Origin: a virus
IMG/VR virus record: IMGVR_UViG_3300010885_020782
Location: 32,001 to 96,000 of that record
Length of the DNA: 64,000 nucleotides
Strand: one strand, 5' to 3'
Made by a program: the position numbers and the translations under genes. This document shows, one piece after another, positions 29,268-38,659 of the stretch. The notes beneath the pieces were generated by a model. The model saw only the letters and a program-made list of their open reading frames with translations, was not told the origin of the DNA and did no database searches. Numbering within the stretch: position 1 is the stretch's first letter; every line of letters begins with the position of its first letter.

Positions 29268-29443
29268 TACTTCATCTCCTTAAGGTCTTCTTCAGTTGGC
29301 TCTGGTTCGCCTTCAGTTTCAGCAAGTTGTCCAACTGCTTCATCATCGGCGCCATAAGCAGGTTCCCACTCCTCTTTAAGCGATTCAATTCGCTCTGGAG
29401 TCAGTTCTGCATCTGTGTATAACTTTTCAAACTCGATAGTCAT
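29267..29443 (-). CDS. 58-aa very acidic protein (missing from ORF track)
   Basis: MTIEFEKLYTDAELTPERIESLKEEWEPAYGADDEAVGQLAETEGEPEPTEEDLKEMK, with RBS AGGAGAG. Confidence 0.6.
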   Translation of the reverse strand: MTIEFEKLYTDAELTPERIESLKEEWEPAYGADDEAVGQLAETEGEPEPTEEDLKEMK

Positions 29444-29453
29444 TTTATCTCTC

Positions 29454-32400
29454 CTATTCCTTGTTCTCGTCAGCGATTTCTTTACCAGTTTTGCCGTATT
29501 TACCTACGCCAGAACCTGGTTTCTTGCCTTCAAGAATGTATTCAAGAATCTGACTAGCACCGCCAGCAGCCTTGAAAATCATTTCTCTATCATTTCTTAG
29601 GGCCTTTAGCCATGATTGAACATATGCAGCAGTGTGCTTTGTGTCAAGGTCAAGACCGAGTTTAGCACCAATCATTGCAGCAGCAATTTCTGCCATAAGT
29701 TCTTCTGTTGCTCTATTTGGACCAGAAGGATTGCCCATAGATGTTTCAGTTTTAATTCTGTCAAATAAATCTGAACGGTCTAAGCGGTCTTTATGACCTG
29801 AACTGTGTGAAAGTTCGTGAAGAAGTGTCTTAATATATCCTGCTTGGTCTTCTCCATACTGACCACGCTCAGGCATAGTAATTCCATCAGACTCCCAGTT
29901 GTAATGAGGAGCGCTTCCAGGTGCCATCGAGACAAACTCAATTTCAGGATGGTCCTTGTAGAGTTTAAGAATTTCTGCTTCTGCCTCTGACATAGGAACT
30001 GGAACTAGTTCTGGAATTTCAGGAAGAATTAAATTATCAAACTGGTCTACGTTGTAAACCTGTAGGAATGAAGAAGATGATTTTCTAAAGTATGCAACTT
30101 CAGTAGTATCTTTTCCAGCAGCATCTTTTTTAAATACTGGCCCACCTGGCTGATAAAGAAGAATGTCAGTTGGCTTAGCGCCATCCTTCAACACTCCTCC
30201 CATTTCGGAGGCTTGCTTCTTACCTAACCAGCGATTGCTTGAGAAGCCACCGCGGTCTTGAGCATATGCCAAGATGAATAAGTTAATGCCGTTATATTGC
30301 TTCTTTGTTAAAGGATTAAATGGAAGGCTGCCAAGCATTGCTTTCCACTTTGCTTCCCAAGGAAGAACGCCATTTTCAATATCAGCAAATATGTCATCAA
30401 GAAGTTGTTGCTTTATATCTTCAACTTTCTTTTCTTTCCATGCTTTCTTGTCGTCGTCAGAGAACTTAGTTTTCTTTACGACTTCTTTTTGCTCTGGCAA
30501 ATCTTCTTCAGAAGGTGTAGCCTGGTTTAAACGAGTTCCTTCAGATGAAGAAGGAGTTTCGGTTGACTCTTCGTATTCTAATTTAGGAGGTCTTTGATTT
30601 CTAGGTCCTTCAAATGCCTTTGGAATCTCTCCATTAGGGCCAACAGGGAATACGTTGTTTGCTTGCCACTTACGAATAACTCCATTTGGATGCTCTTCTG
30701 AAGGTGGGAATTGAACAAAGATAAAGTCTAGATATACAACACCATCACGAACATCTCCACCATGCTTTTGGTCGCCAGAGAAGTTAATAACTGTTCCAAC
30801 CTGGTTTCCAACCTTGTCACGGAAGTTCTGAGAAACGTGAACTACTCGTGTAGCCTCTGCAAATCCAACTTCATCTGCTGGCTTTAATTGATTACCCATA
30901 CGGTCTTCATAACGACCAGCATTGGCACGAGCCTGTGGATTAAGTTTTACAGCAGCATCAACAATTACGCGGTCACTGTAGCGAGAACTTCTCTTTCCAT
31001 AACCACGGCCTTTTCTCTTGCTCTTTTCAGCATCTTCTGGCGCGGCTGCTCTCTTGTTTGCTTCCTCTGTTGTCTGGTCTTCAATGCCAGGACGACGTGG
31101 GTTTGTGATGTCAGAGCCTTTGTCAAATTTACGCTCGTAAATGTTTCCGTCTCGTGGGTCACGAACGCGGAATAGCAACTTACCTTTTTCAGTTGGATGT
31201 TGATAAATCTCAACAATTTCTTCATAAACTTTATTAACATTGTGCTTAATAAAGTCACCAACCTGTAGGTCTTTTGCATCTGTATTAGGGAGCAAACCTG
31301 TAGAATCAAGAATAGCATCGTTACTGATACGAATTGCATCCAACTCTGCTTGACGCTCTGGACTAACCTTGCGTGGTTTAGAAGACTTCTTTCCTAAATC
31401 TTCAGGAACTTCTGCTGAAGAATATGCATCTGCTGAACGACTAATGAACTCGCGTCCACTTGATTCTGCTTCTGAGCGAGAGGTGTGAACTGTCTTTTGG
31501 ACATCAATAACATCTCCATCTGAATCTATAAGAGCAGAGTCTGATGTGTATTCAGGCTTATCTTTATCTGGAGATGATGGAGTAATTTGAATGTCTCCAG
31601 TAAATCCACCAGGCAAATCTGAGATTTCAACACGCTGAGGAGCACTGTCAGCGTTGGCTGGAACTGTTCCACGAGATACAGGAGTATCTTCTTGCTTAGT
31701 GGCTTCTTCGCCTTGCTCCTTGGCTTTCTGTGCCTCTGTAGAACGAACATGGTCTTGAATAAGAGCCTTACCTTCAGCCTCAGCGCCTTCACGAGTGCGA
31801 TATGAGTCTTCTACCTGATATGCAACATCCCCGTTGTCATCAAAGAATGTAGCAACCATCTTGTATCTACCATCTTCTGATGGCTCAACCTTAACAGTTG
31901 CACTTCCTGTAGAAACTGGAACGTATTGATTAGATGACTCACCGTCAGTGGCACTGTCATTAATTGGAGAATCTGTCGTATCTTCTGGAAGAAGCAAGTC
32001 ATCTGGATTCTTAGGACGACGAACGCCATCCATCTTTGTTGGAGCCCAGTATTCAACCATGTGAATCTCGCCGTTTTCAAGGTCAGCGCGATATGCACGA
32101 ACTCGTCCTGCTTGGAATCCAAAGTCTTCACCAGCGCGAACTGCAACAACTTGATACATACGGTCTCCGCTAGCAGATGCCATAAAGTCACCTGGTAGAA
32201 GGTCTTTCATACGAATATCTTCACGAGGAAGTAGTGTTGTATTTGCATCATCTACTGCCCACTCACGAGGCATCAACTTCATCTTGCCCTGTGGATATGT
32301 TCCAGCACCCTCAAAGTCAATAACTGCTGGCTCTGTAGATGTCTCACTCTTTTCAGATTCTTGCTGACCATCTGGGTTTGGCTTTGCAGCACCCTTTGCA

Positions 32401-35400
32401 TCATCAATAACTTTATCTAAATCAACTTTCTTTCCAGCAAGTGCATCTTGGAATGCTTTAGCAGCAGCAAAGTCAGCCATCTTTTGTTCGTAGTCAGCCA
32501 TAGCAGTCTGGAACTCTGTTTGAGCATTTTCCCAATCGGCTTGACGAGCATCTACATCAAATGTATCTGCGCCAGTCTTTTCCTTACTTGCTTGGTCAGC
32601 AAGTTTAGTAAAGAGTTGTGCAGTTGCTTCAGAATCATAATCAGCAGAGTGCGCTCTTTCTAAATCAATTCCAAAGTGTGCAGCAAGACTTGTAAGTTTA
32701 TTGTCTTTTTCACCGTTGTATACATAAGTAGGTGCAGATGCATCATCTTTAAGAACATCTCGCGCAATAGGCAGTGTATCTAAAAGACCAGCAGGTGAGT
32801 ATGGTGTGCCATGCTTATCTGCCATACGACGAGCAACTTCATCATCAAAGACCATGTTGTGTGCAGCAAGAAGAGGATTCTCTCCAGCCCAAGCAGCGAA
32901 CTGCTCGTGTGCACTCTTCTGGTCAGGCTGAGAGGCTAAGAACTCGTCTGTAAGTTTTTCTCCATCGCCATTAACAGCGTTTGGCTTACCAGCAGTATCT
33001 CTTGAAGCATAGGTTCCTTCAATAGAACGACCTGGATTCATAAATACATTAAATCGGTCAACAATTTTTCCATTAACAACTTTTACAGCGCCTAGTTGCC
33101 ATGGCTCATTGCCATCAGCAGCATCTACGCCAGTTGTTTCATAATCAAAGAAAATAATTTCTCGGTCTTTAATAAGTTCACGGAACTTATCCCAATCGCC
33201 ACCTGCTTCACGAGCAATAGCAGCAAACTCGCCTTGGAACGCTGGCATTGTTGGTGAGCGAGGAGACTTTGGCTTCTTTACAACTGTTGCTTTAGTTGCA
33301 GTAGCGTCGGCTGTATCAGAGTCAGTTGCGGATGGCTCAATAGTTGGAAGTTCTTTTGGAACTTCCCACTTAGATGCAACATCAGCAATTTCTTTTTCAT
33401 ACTCTGCACGCTTAGCAGGGTCTTTATCTGGAACCCAGTTTCCCTTAGCGTTTGTCTTAGATGGTTGATGAATTTCTGGAAGTTCACCCTTTGCAGGTGC
33501 TTCAACATTTCTAATTACATCAATGTCAGTTCCGACTTTCCATTCCTTACGCTGTGAAACGTGTCCTGGATAGTAACCTTCAACGCTAACAAATCCTGGC
33601 TTTGTTGTCTCGTCTGTAAAGGTGCGCTCAATAACAAAGTGACCCTTTTCTGGCTTAGCAGAAACATCACCTGGTTGTAGGTCAGCAGCCTTAACACGAA
33701 CTTGATGTGGAGCCTTTGTATTGTCTTTATTTGTTGGGTCTTCAAAACGAGCAATCGCTTCTGCTTTTCTTGCGTTGTATTCTTCCCACGCTGCATCAAG
33801 TCTTGCTTGGTCTTCTGGCTTAGACATAGCCCATTTGCCATCTTTGTTTTTATATGGCTTACCAAAGTCTTTTGCAAATGGCTTGCTAAGTTCTGGCAAG
33901 TCTCCCTTTTCAGGAGCCTGTGCACCACGAATAACAGTCATTTCTGTAGAAGCGTTCCACTTCTTTGTATTTTGTGTAACGTGTCCTGGATAGTAACCAG
34001 CAATCTCTAACTTGCTTGGGTCTCCTGGGAAAGGTCCACCAACAGATTCAATTACAAAGTGGTCATCAGCAGTAATATCACCAGGCTGTAAATCAGAAAC
34101 CTTAGACACAATGCGATAAGGACCAGTTACGTTATCTGGCTCTAAGTTTGGAGACTTAGGGGATGCCTCAATACCATCTGGGATTTCTTGTTCAGATGAG
34201 ACTTCAAAGTCAGAATCTAAGAAACCATCAAGTTGCTTTTGTAAACGAGCCATATCTTCATCATCAAGATATTGCTGCTCTTCCTGGGTCTTTGGAGTAG
34301 AGCCTTGCTGAGCCATCATGTCCTCAACAAGTTTGATGCCTTCTGCATTACTTACACCAATATCTGTAACTCTATCAAAAAACTCACGCTCTTCTGGAGT
34401 CATAATGCTTCTAGGGAAAGATTGACCATTAATGCTTGTACCCTTACGAAGAGCACTTAGAAGAGAGTCTAAAAATCCTTCACTAATATTTGGATTCTTA
34501 GGTGGAGTAGGGGTCTCTACAGCAATAGGTGCAGAAGGTGCAGCAGGTGCAGTTTGAAGTGTTGCAATCTCATCTGCAATTGTCTTCGAGATGGATTCAA
34601 CAACTGCACGCTCTTCATCAGATACGTCATTTCTCATATCAGGATTTTCTAGTGCATGAAGAATATCTTTAAGAGTCTCTAATTTATCTACAGGTGCATT
34701 CATCTTAGAAGATGATGACTCATAGTGATTAGGGTTGTAGAAGAGGTTCTTAGCAACGCTTATTGCGTCACCTGGGCTTGGAGCATATCGGTAGCCGTCA
34801 TACTCACGGCGATATAGCGCTTCATCGGCATCATAAAAATCTCCAGGAATATTTTCATCTCCAGATTGAGTGCTTGACTGCATATCTGTGTAGAAGTCTC
34901 CGCTATCTGCCCATGCAAAAAAGCGAGCAAATGCTTCAGGATTTTTACGAACTAGTTCTTCAAACTCTGGAACTACAGTTCCATCTTTGATTACTTGGTC
35001 AATGTCATAAATACCTTCGTATGCTGGGTCAAGAGGGTCGGCAGGTCCTCGTGGAGGCTCTTTCTCAGCGGGCTTCTTTGTATAACTCTCACGCTGCCAC
35101 TTACGATGAGCAGCAATAATTTTTTTGTTCTCTTCAATTTCTTGTTCTGGTGTGACAATCTTTGCAATTGGCTGTTCTTGACCGACAACTTCTTGCTTCT
35201 GTCCTTCAAAGCCTTCATCTGCAATTTTCTTAGTAAGAGCGTTTGTATCTACGCCTTGTAGTTGCAATGCATCACGAACTGCTTCGCCTGGAACATCTGC
35301 AACAAACTCTTCACCAGAGTCTGTCTTAAGTGAAATCTTTGCAGTTCCTGGAATGTCATTACCTGGCTCAAGAGCGCGAGTAAATTCTTTTTCTAGTTCT

Positions 35401-37361
35401 GGTGTAGGAATGTTCTGTGCAATAAATACAGGGTTGTCACTAAAACCTTCTGGAAGGTTAGGGTCTGGATTTTCTGCTGTTACTTTCTTCCACGCAGCGT
35501 ATGGTTCTGGGCTAAGGGATGCGTAGCCAATAGGCATTTCAACTTGTTCATTCTTTGGAAGGTAAGGAGTGTGGTCCTCTGATTCCATAAAGCGAGCAAG
35601 TTCGCTCTCTGACAAACCTTCTAGAAGTACAGGAAGTGGAGCAGCATCAAACTTTTCTGCATCAAATGCAGGTTCTTCTGTTGCTGGCTCAATGTCTGGG
35701 CCAAGTTCTTTTGTCTCACGGATAAATGCTTTATCAAGTTCAGGAGTTGGCTCCGAGATAGTTTCTTGCTTGCGTGAGGCAATAAGATTATCTTCGTTTT
35801 CAGATGTTCCAAGTTGCTTGTCGTAAATGCGGGCAACTTCTAACTCTGGGTCTCCGCCCATTTCTTGAAGTGCAAGGTAAAGATTTTCAACAGGAACTAA
35901 TTGTTCTCCATCATAAGTATCAATGTTTCCGTAGCCAGTAGCGTTCTGACCTTCCTTCTTAGGAAGAAGTCCTTCTTCCATAGCGGCAATAAGGTCGCGC
36001 TCATCTGCATTCTGTGCAATTACTGTTGGGTCTTCGTATGACTCTTCAATGTCTGCATCAGGGTCTTTAGAAATCTTGTAAGCGCCTTCAGGGTAGTTGA
36101 AAGCAAACTTTTTAGGGAACGCATCTCTAGCAGGGCCTTTTGCTTTTCCATCTTTATCTAACTCTACTACTTGAATATTTTCATCAGGGTTAGGAAGTTT
36201 TACACGACGCTCATCTTCTTCTCGTTCTTTTTTTCTTTTGGCGTCTGTTTTTTTAGAACTTTCCTCAAGTTCTTCATCCCAAGCATTAATTCCATCAAAT
36301 GCATCTTCCCAATCGCTAAAATTACCAATCTCTTGCGATGAGCCACTCATAAACTCAAATTCAACATTTAAAGAGCCGTCTTCGGCTTTTCTAACAACAA
36401 TCCCAGCATTCTTTTCATCAATGCCTTGCCACTTATTTTCACCAACTTTTTTGAAACCAGCAGGTGAATCAACAAACTTTAAATCTGCTTCATTGATAAT
36501 TACATCATTGTCTTCTGAAGAAACTTTTGCAGGAACTGGCGAGAAACCGTCCTTTGTAGGATTGATAATTGCAGAGATAAACTCACCCTTAGATGCAGGG
36601 ATATTTGCAATACGACCATCTGGAAGTTCTACTTGAACATCATCACCATCAGGACCATCTGCAATAGGACGACCTGTAAGGCTACGAACTTGTCCATCTT
36701 TAGCCATACGAATAAGAGCACGCATACCGCCACCCATAAAAGCAAACTGACCGAAGCGGTCACGACGCTGTAAGCGAGCACGAAGAGAACGTTCTGCTGA
36801 AGAGTTTCCATCAGCAGTAAGAGATACAAGAATGTCTTGTGGAACTGAGCCCTGTGGAAGAGATGCAAGAACTGCTGAGTAATAAGAGTGTTCTACAGAA
36901 CCAGGAGTTGCTGTATATGCAGAGGCAACAATTGACTTTACTTTTTCGTTAGTGATGCGTGAATCATCGGCATACCAGTTTGCTCGTGCTGAAATAAGAG
37001 CAGATGCTGTAAGTGTGTTCATCTTTGTTGAGCGTGGGTGCGCTACAGGGAGAAGGTCAGTATGGCTTGGCTTAATCGCAGCGACTTTATTGTTTTGAAG
37101 AAGTGTCACATATTGTGAAAGGTCCTTCATTGCGATGTGCTCGCGGATTGAGAATGGTAAATCTTTTGTTGCAACAAGTGAGCGGTGGACAACTGCAAAC
37201 GCAGCACCACGAGTTAGGCGACGAGATGTAGATGCTTCAGCATTAGTTGAGTCAATAAACTCAATAACCTTCTCACGCAAATAGGCAGCCTGTTTGAAGG
37301 TGCTGGCCTGTGCTCCATTAGGAGAGATGGCATAACCAAAGCGACGCACTACTCTACTCAT
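29454..37361 (-). CDS. 2635-aa polyvalent protein: DnaQ/DEDDh exonuclease + SH3/KOW-like repeats + ArdC-like ssDNA-binding and zincin metallopeptidase domains
   Basis: FFDYETTG...AAHNMVFD...LDTL...AHSADYD (about 32600-33165). LPW...PFNPLTKKQYNGIN...WLG.KQ (ArdC-N), then TLLHELSH...EELMAE...AAYVQSWL (about 29530-30400). Confidence 0.85.
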   Translation of the reverse strand: MSRVVRRFGYAISPNGAQASTFKQAAYLREKVIEFIDSTNAEASTSRRLTRGAAFAVVHRSLVATKDLPFSIREHIAMKDLSQYVTLLQNNKVAAIKPSHTDLLPVAHPRSTKMNTLTASALISARANWYADDSRITNEKVKSIVASAYTATPGSVEHSYYSAVLASLPQGSVPQDILVSLTADGNSSAERSLRARLQRRDRFGQFAFMGGGMRALIRMAKDGQVRSLTGRPIADGPDGDDVQVELPDGRIANIPASKGEFISAIINPTKDGFSPVPAKVSSEDNDVIINEADLKFVDSPAGFKKVGENKWQGIDEKNAGIVVRKAEDGSLNVEFEFMSGSSQEIGNFSDWEDAFDGINAWDEELEESSKKTDAKRKKEREEDERRVKLPNPDENIQVVELDKDGKAKGPARDAFPKKFAFNYPEGAYKISKDPDADIEESYEDPTVIAQNADERDLIAAMEEGLLPKKEGQNATGYGNIDTYDGEQLVPVENLYLALQEMGGDPELEVARIYDKQLGTSENEDNLIASRKQETISEPTPELDKAFIRETKELGPDIEPATEEPAFDAEKFDAAPLPVLLEGLSESELARFMESEDHTPYLPKNEQVEMPIGYASLSPEPYAAWKKVTAENPDPNLPEGFSDNPVFIAQNIPTPELEKEFTRALEPGNDIPGTAKISLKTDSGEEFVADVPGEAVRDALQLQGVDTNALTKKIADEGFEGQKQEVVGQEQPIAKIVTPEQEIEENKKIIAAHRKWQRESYTKKPAEKEPPRGPADPLDPAYEGIYDIDQVIKDGTVVPEFEELVRKNPEAFARFFAWADSGDFYTDMQSSTQSGDENIPGDFYDADEALYRREYDGYRYAPSPGDAISVAKNLFYNPNHYESSSSKMNAPVDKLETLKDILHALENPDMRNDVSDEERAVVESISKTIADEIATLQTAPAAPSAPIAVETPTPPKNPNISEGFLDSLLSALRKGTSINGQSFPRSIMTPEEREFFDRVTDIGVSNAEGIKLVEDMMAQQGSTPKTQEEQQYLDDEDMARLQKQLDGFLDSDFEVSSEQEIPDGIEASPKSPNLEPDNVTGPYRIVSKVSDLQPGDITADDHFVIESVGGPFPGDPSKLEIAGYYPGHVTQNTKKWNASTEMTVIRGAQAPEKGDLPELSKPFAKDFGKPYKNKDGKWAMSKPEDQARLDAAWEEYNARKAEAIARFEDPTNKDNTKAPHQVRVKAADLQPGDVSAKPEKGHFVIERTFTDETTKPGFVSVEGYYPGHVSQRKEWKVGTDIDVIRNVEAPAKGELPEIHQPSKTNAKGNWVPDKDPAKRAEYEKEIADVASKWEVPKELPTIEPSATDSDTADATATKATVVKKPKSPRSPTMPAFQGEFAAIAREAGGDWDKFRELIKDREIIFFDYETTGVDAADGNEPWQLGAVKVVNGKIVDRFNVFMNPGRSIEGTYASRDTAGKPNAVNGDGEKLTDEFLASQPDQKSAHEQFAAWAGENPLLAAHNMVFDDEVARRMADKHGTPYSPAGLLDTLPIARDVLKDDASAPTYVYNGEKDNKLTSLAAHFGIDLERAHSADYDSEATAQLFTKLADQASKEKTGADTFDVDARQADWENAQTEFQTAMADYEQKMADFAAAKAFQDALAGKKVDLDKVIDDAKGAAKPNPDGQQESEKSETSTEPAVIDFEGAGTYPQGKMKLMPREWAVDDANTTLLPREDIRMKDLLPGDFMASASGDRMYQVVAVRAGEDFGFQAGRVRAYRADLENGEIHMVEYWAPTKMDGVRRPKNPDDLLLPEDTTDSPINDSATDGESSNQYVPVSTGSATVKVEPSEDGRYKMVATFFDDNGDVAYQVEDSYRTREGAEAEGKALIQDHVRSTEAQKAKEQGEEATKQEDTPVSRGTVPANADSAPQRVEISDLPGGFTGDIQITPSSPDKDKPEYTSDSALIDSDGDVIDVQKTVHTSRSEAESSGREFISRSADAYSSAEVPEDLGKKSSKPRKVSPERQAELDAIRISNDAILDSTGLLPNTDAKDLQVGDFIKHNVNKVYEEIVEIYQHPTEKGKLLFRVRDPRDGNIYERKFDKGSDITNPRRPGIEDQTTEEANKRAAAPEDAEKSKRKGRGYGKRSSRYSDRVIVDAAVKLNPQARANAGRYEDRMGNQLKPADEVGFAEATRVVHVSQNFRDKVGNQVGTVINFSGDQKHGGDVRDGVVYLDFIFVQFPPSEEHPNGVIRKWQANNVFPVGPNGEIPKAFEGPRNQRPPKLEYEESTETPSSSEGTRLNQATPSEEDLPEQKEVVKKTKFSDDDKKAWKEKKVEDIKQQLLDDIFADIENGVLPWEAKWKAMLGSLPFNPLTKKQYNGINLFILAYAQDRGGFSSNRWLGKKQASEMGGVLKDGAKPTDILLYQPGGPVFKKDAAGKDTTEVAYFRKSSSSFLQVYNVDQFDNLILPEIPELVPVPMSEAEAEILKLYKDHPEIEFVSMAPGSAPHYNWESDGITMPERGQYGEDQAGYIKTLLHELSHSSGHKDRLDRSDLFDRIKTETSMGNPSGPNRATEELMAEIAAAMIGAKLGLDLDTKHTAAYVQSWLKALRNDREMIFKAAGGASQILEYILEGKKPGSGVGKYGKTGKEIADENKE

Positions 37362-38182
37362 TATTCGCCGTCCTCCTCAAGGATTGGAAGTAAATTTCCA
37401 TCAAGACTGTCTTGTCCAAAAGATGCAAGCATCCCTGCTCGCATAAATGGGTCATCTCCATTACGCACTGCACGAAGCCAAGATGCGCGAATGGCGCTCT
37501 CTGCTTCATACCCATAACCAGAAAACTCAGCCATAGCAATGATTGCTTCTTCTGGATATTGATAATCTTCTCTTGTTCCTAGTGTAACTAACAATTCTTC
37601 TTCGTAATCTGAATCCAAAGCAGAAGCCTTTACACCTCGTGAACTCTTTGGATGGGCTGCTGGAAGCAAATCATTATCTGTCTTGTATGCAGAGTTTGAT
37701 GGCTTGCCAGACTTTAATAGTTTAAGAAATGCATTGACGCGGCCCATAGCCCACTGATTACGGTTCATACCTGGGCGATGCGATACAGAAAATGCTCCTG
37801 CACCACGGCGATATACAGCCTTAAGCATTCCAAGTGTTGCTTTGCGGCCTTCAGGTGCTTTTGCATTGTGAGTCTTAACTTTTTCTGCCAAAGATGCTTC
37901 TGTTGCTTTACTAAATACAACTTTCTTAGAACCAGATGCAGAGCCCTTTTCATTTTTATCTGAGCCCTTAATCTGGTCTTTCTTTGGTGCAGATGTTTGA
38001 GAAATAGTTTTTTTACTAGCAAACTCTGAATTATCTGAAGCATCAACAGGAACGCAGTTAGGAACCATTTTTCCATCTTTTTCTTTCATTCCAACTTGCT
38101 TATAGCCGTCCCAGCAAGGACCGTTGTTAGAGGCAGCAGTAATTACTGCGTTATCTATATCATCAATCCATTTTTGTGCCAT
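37361..38182 (-). CDS. head-associated hypothetical protein
   Basis: PCWDGYKQVGMKEKDGKMVPNCVP and LGMLKAVYRRG.GAF...QWA.GRVNAFL...DLLP..HP motifs, typical of phage head-region proteins. Confidence 0.65.
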   Translation of the reverse strand: MAQKWIDDIDNAVITAASNNGPCWDGYKQVGMKEKDGKMVPNCVPVDASDNSEFASKKTISQTSAPKKDQIKGSDKNEKGSASGSKKVVFSKATEASLAEKVKTHNAKAPEGRKATLGMLKAVYRRGAGAFSVSHRPGMNRNQWAMGRVNAFLKLLKSGKPSNSAYKTDNDLLPAAHPKSSRGVKASALDSDYEEELLVTLGTREDYQYPEEAIIAMAEFSGYGYEAESAIRASWLRAVRNGDDPFMRAGMLASFGQDSLDGNLLPILEEDGE

Positions 38183-38183
38183 T

Positions 38184-38657
38184 TTAGAATCCTTGTCCTA
38201 CTGAATCTTCTGCTGTGAGGTATGCATTTAACTGCCAGCGCCACTTTTGGTGCATATCAATACGCTCTGCAAGTAGGTTTGCAATTCCTTGTTCGTTAGA
38301 ATCATTTGCAGCAGCAAAAGCGTTATTTAAAGAAGTAAGCATTGTGTCGTTAGCATCGTAAAGGTCTTTGCACATTGCCATAGCGTTCTGGCCAACCTCT
38401 GTATCCTGAATATCAGACATACGAGCAAACTCAACAAGACGATATGGAGCAACAGCGCCCATCTTACGAATACTTTCTGCAATTGGGTCTAGAGAGCCAT
38501 AAACATCTTCGTAGATTGATGCAAAGAAGTCATGGAACTGTGAGAAGTCATTACCAACAACATTCCAGTGATGCCCGTGAGCCTTGAAATACATTACAAC
38601 GGCATTGCTAAGTGAATTAGCAAGACTATTTACTACTTCTGGCTTCTCTACGTTCAT
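38184..38657 (-). CDS. dps: Dps ferritin-like protein
   Basis: KAHGHHWNVVG.DF.QFHDFF..IYE....DPIAE.IRKMG and C-terminal ERIDMHQKWRWQL. Confidence 0.9.
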   Translation of the reverse strand: MNVEKPEVVNSLANSLSNAVVMYFKAHGHHWNVVGNDFSQFHDFFASIYEDVYGSLDPIAESIRKMGAVAPYRLVEFARMSDIQDTEVGQNAMAMCKDLYDANDTMLTSLNNAFAAANDSNEQGIANLLAERIDMHQKWRWQLNAYLTAEDSVGQGF

Positions 38658-38659
38658 TG

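Noticed and set aside
31245-34105. DLxPGD repeats as inteins/Hint domains
   Set aside because: No N-terminal Cys/Ser block, TxxH block or C-terminal HN junction was found around them.
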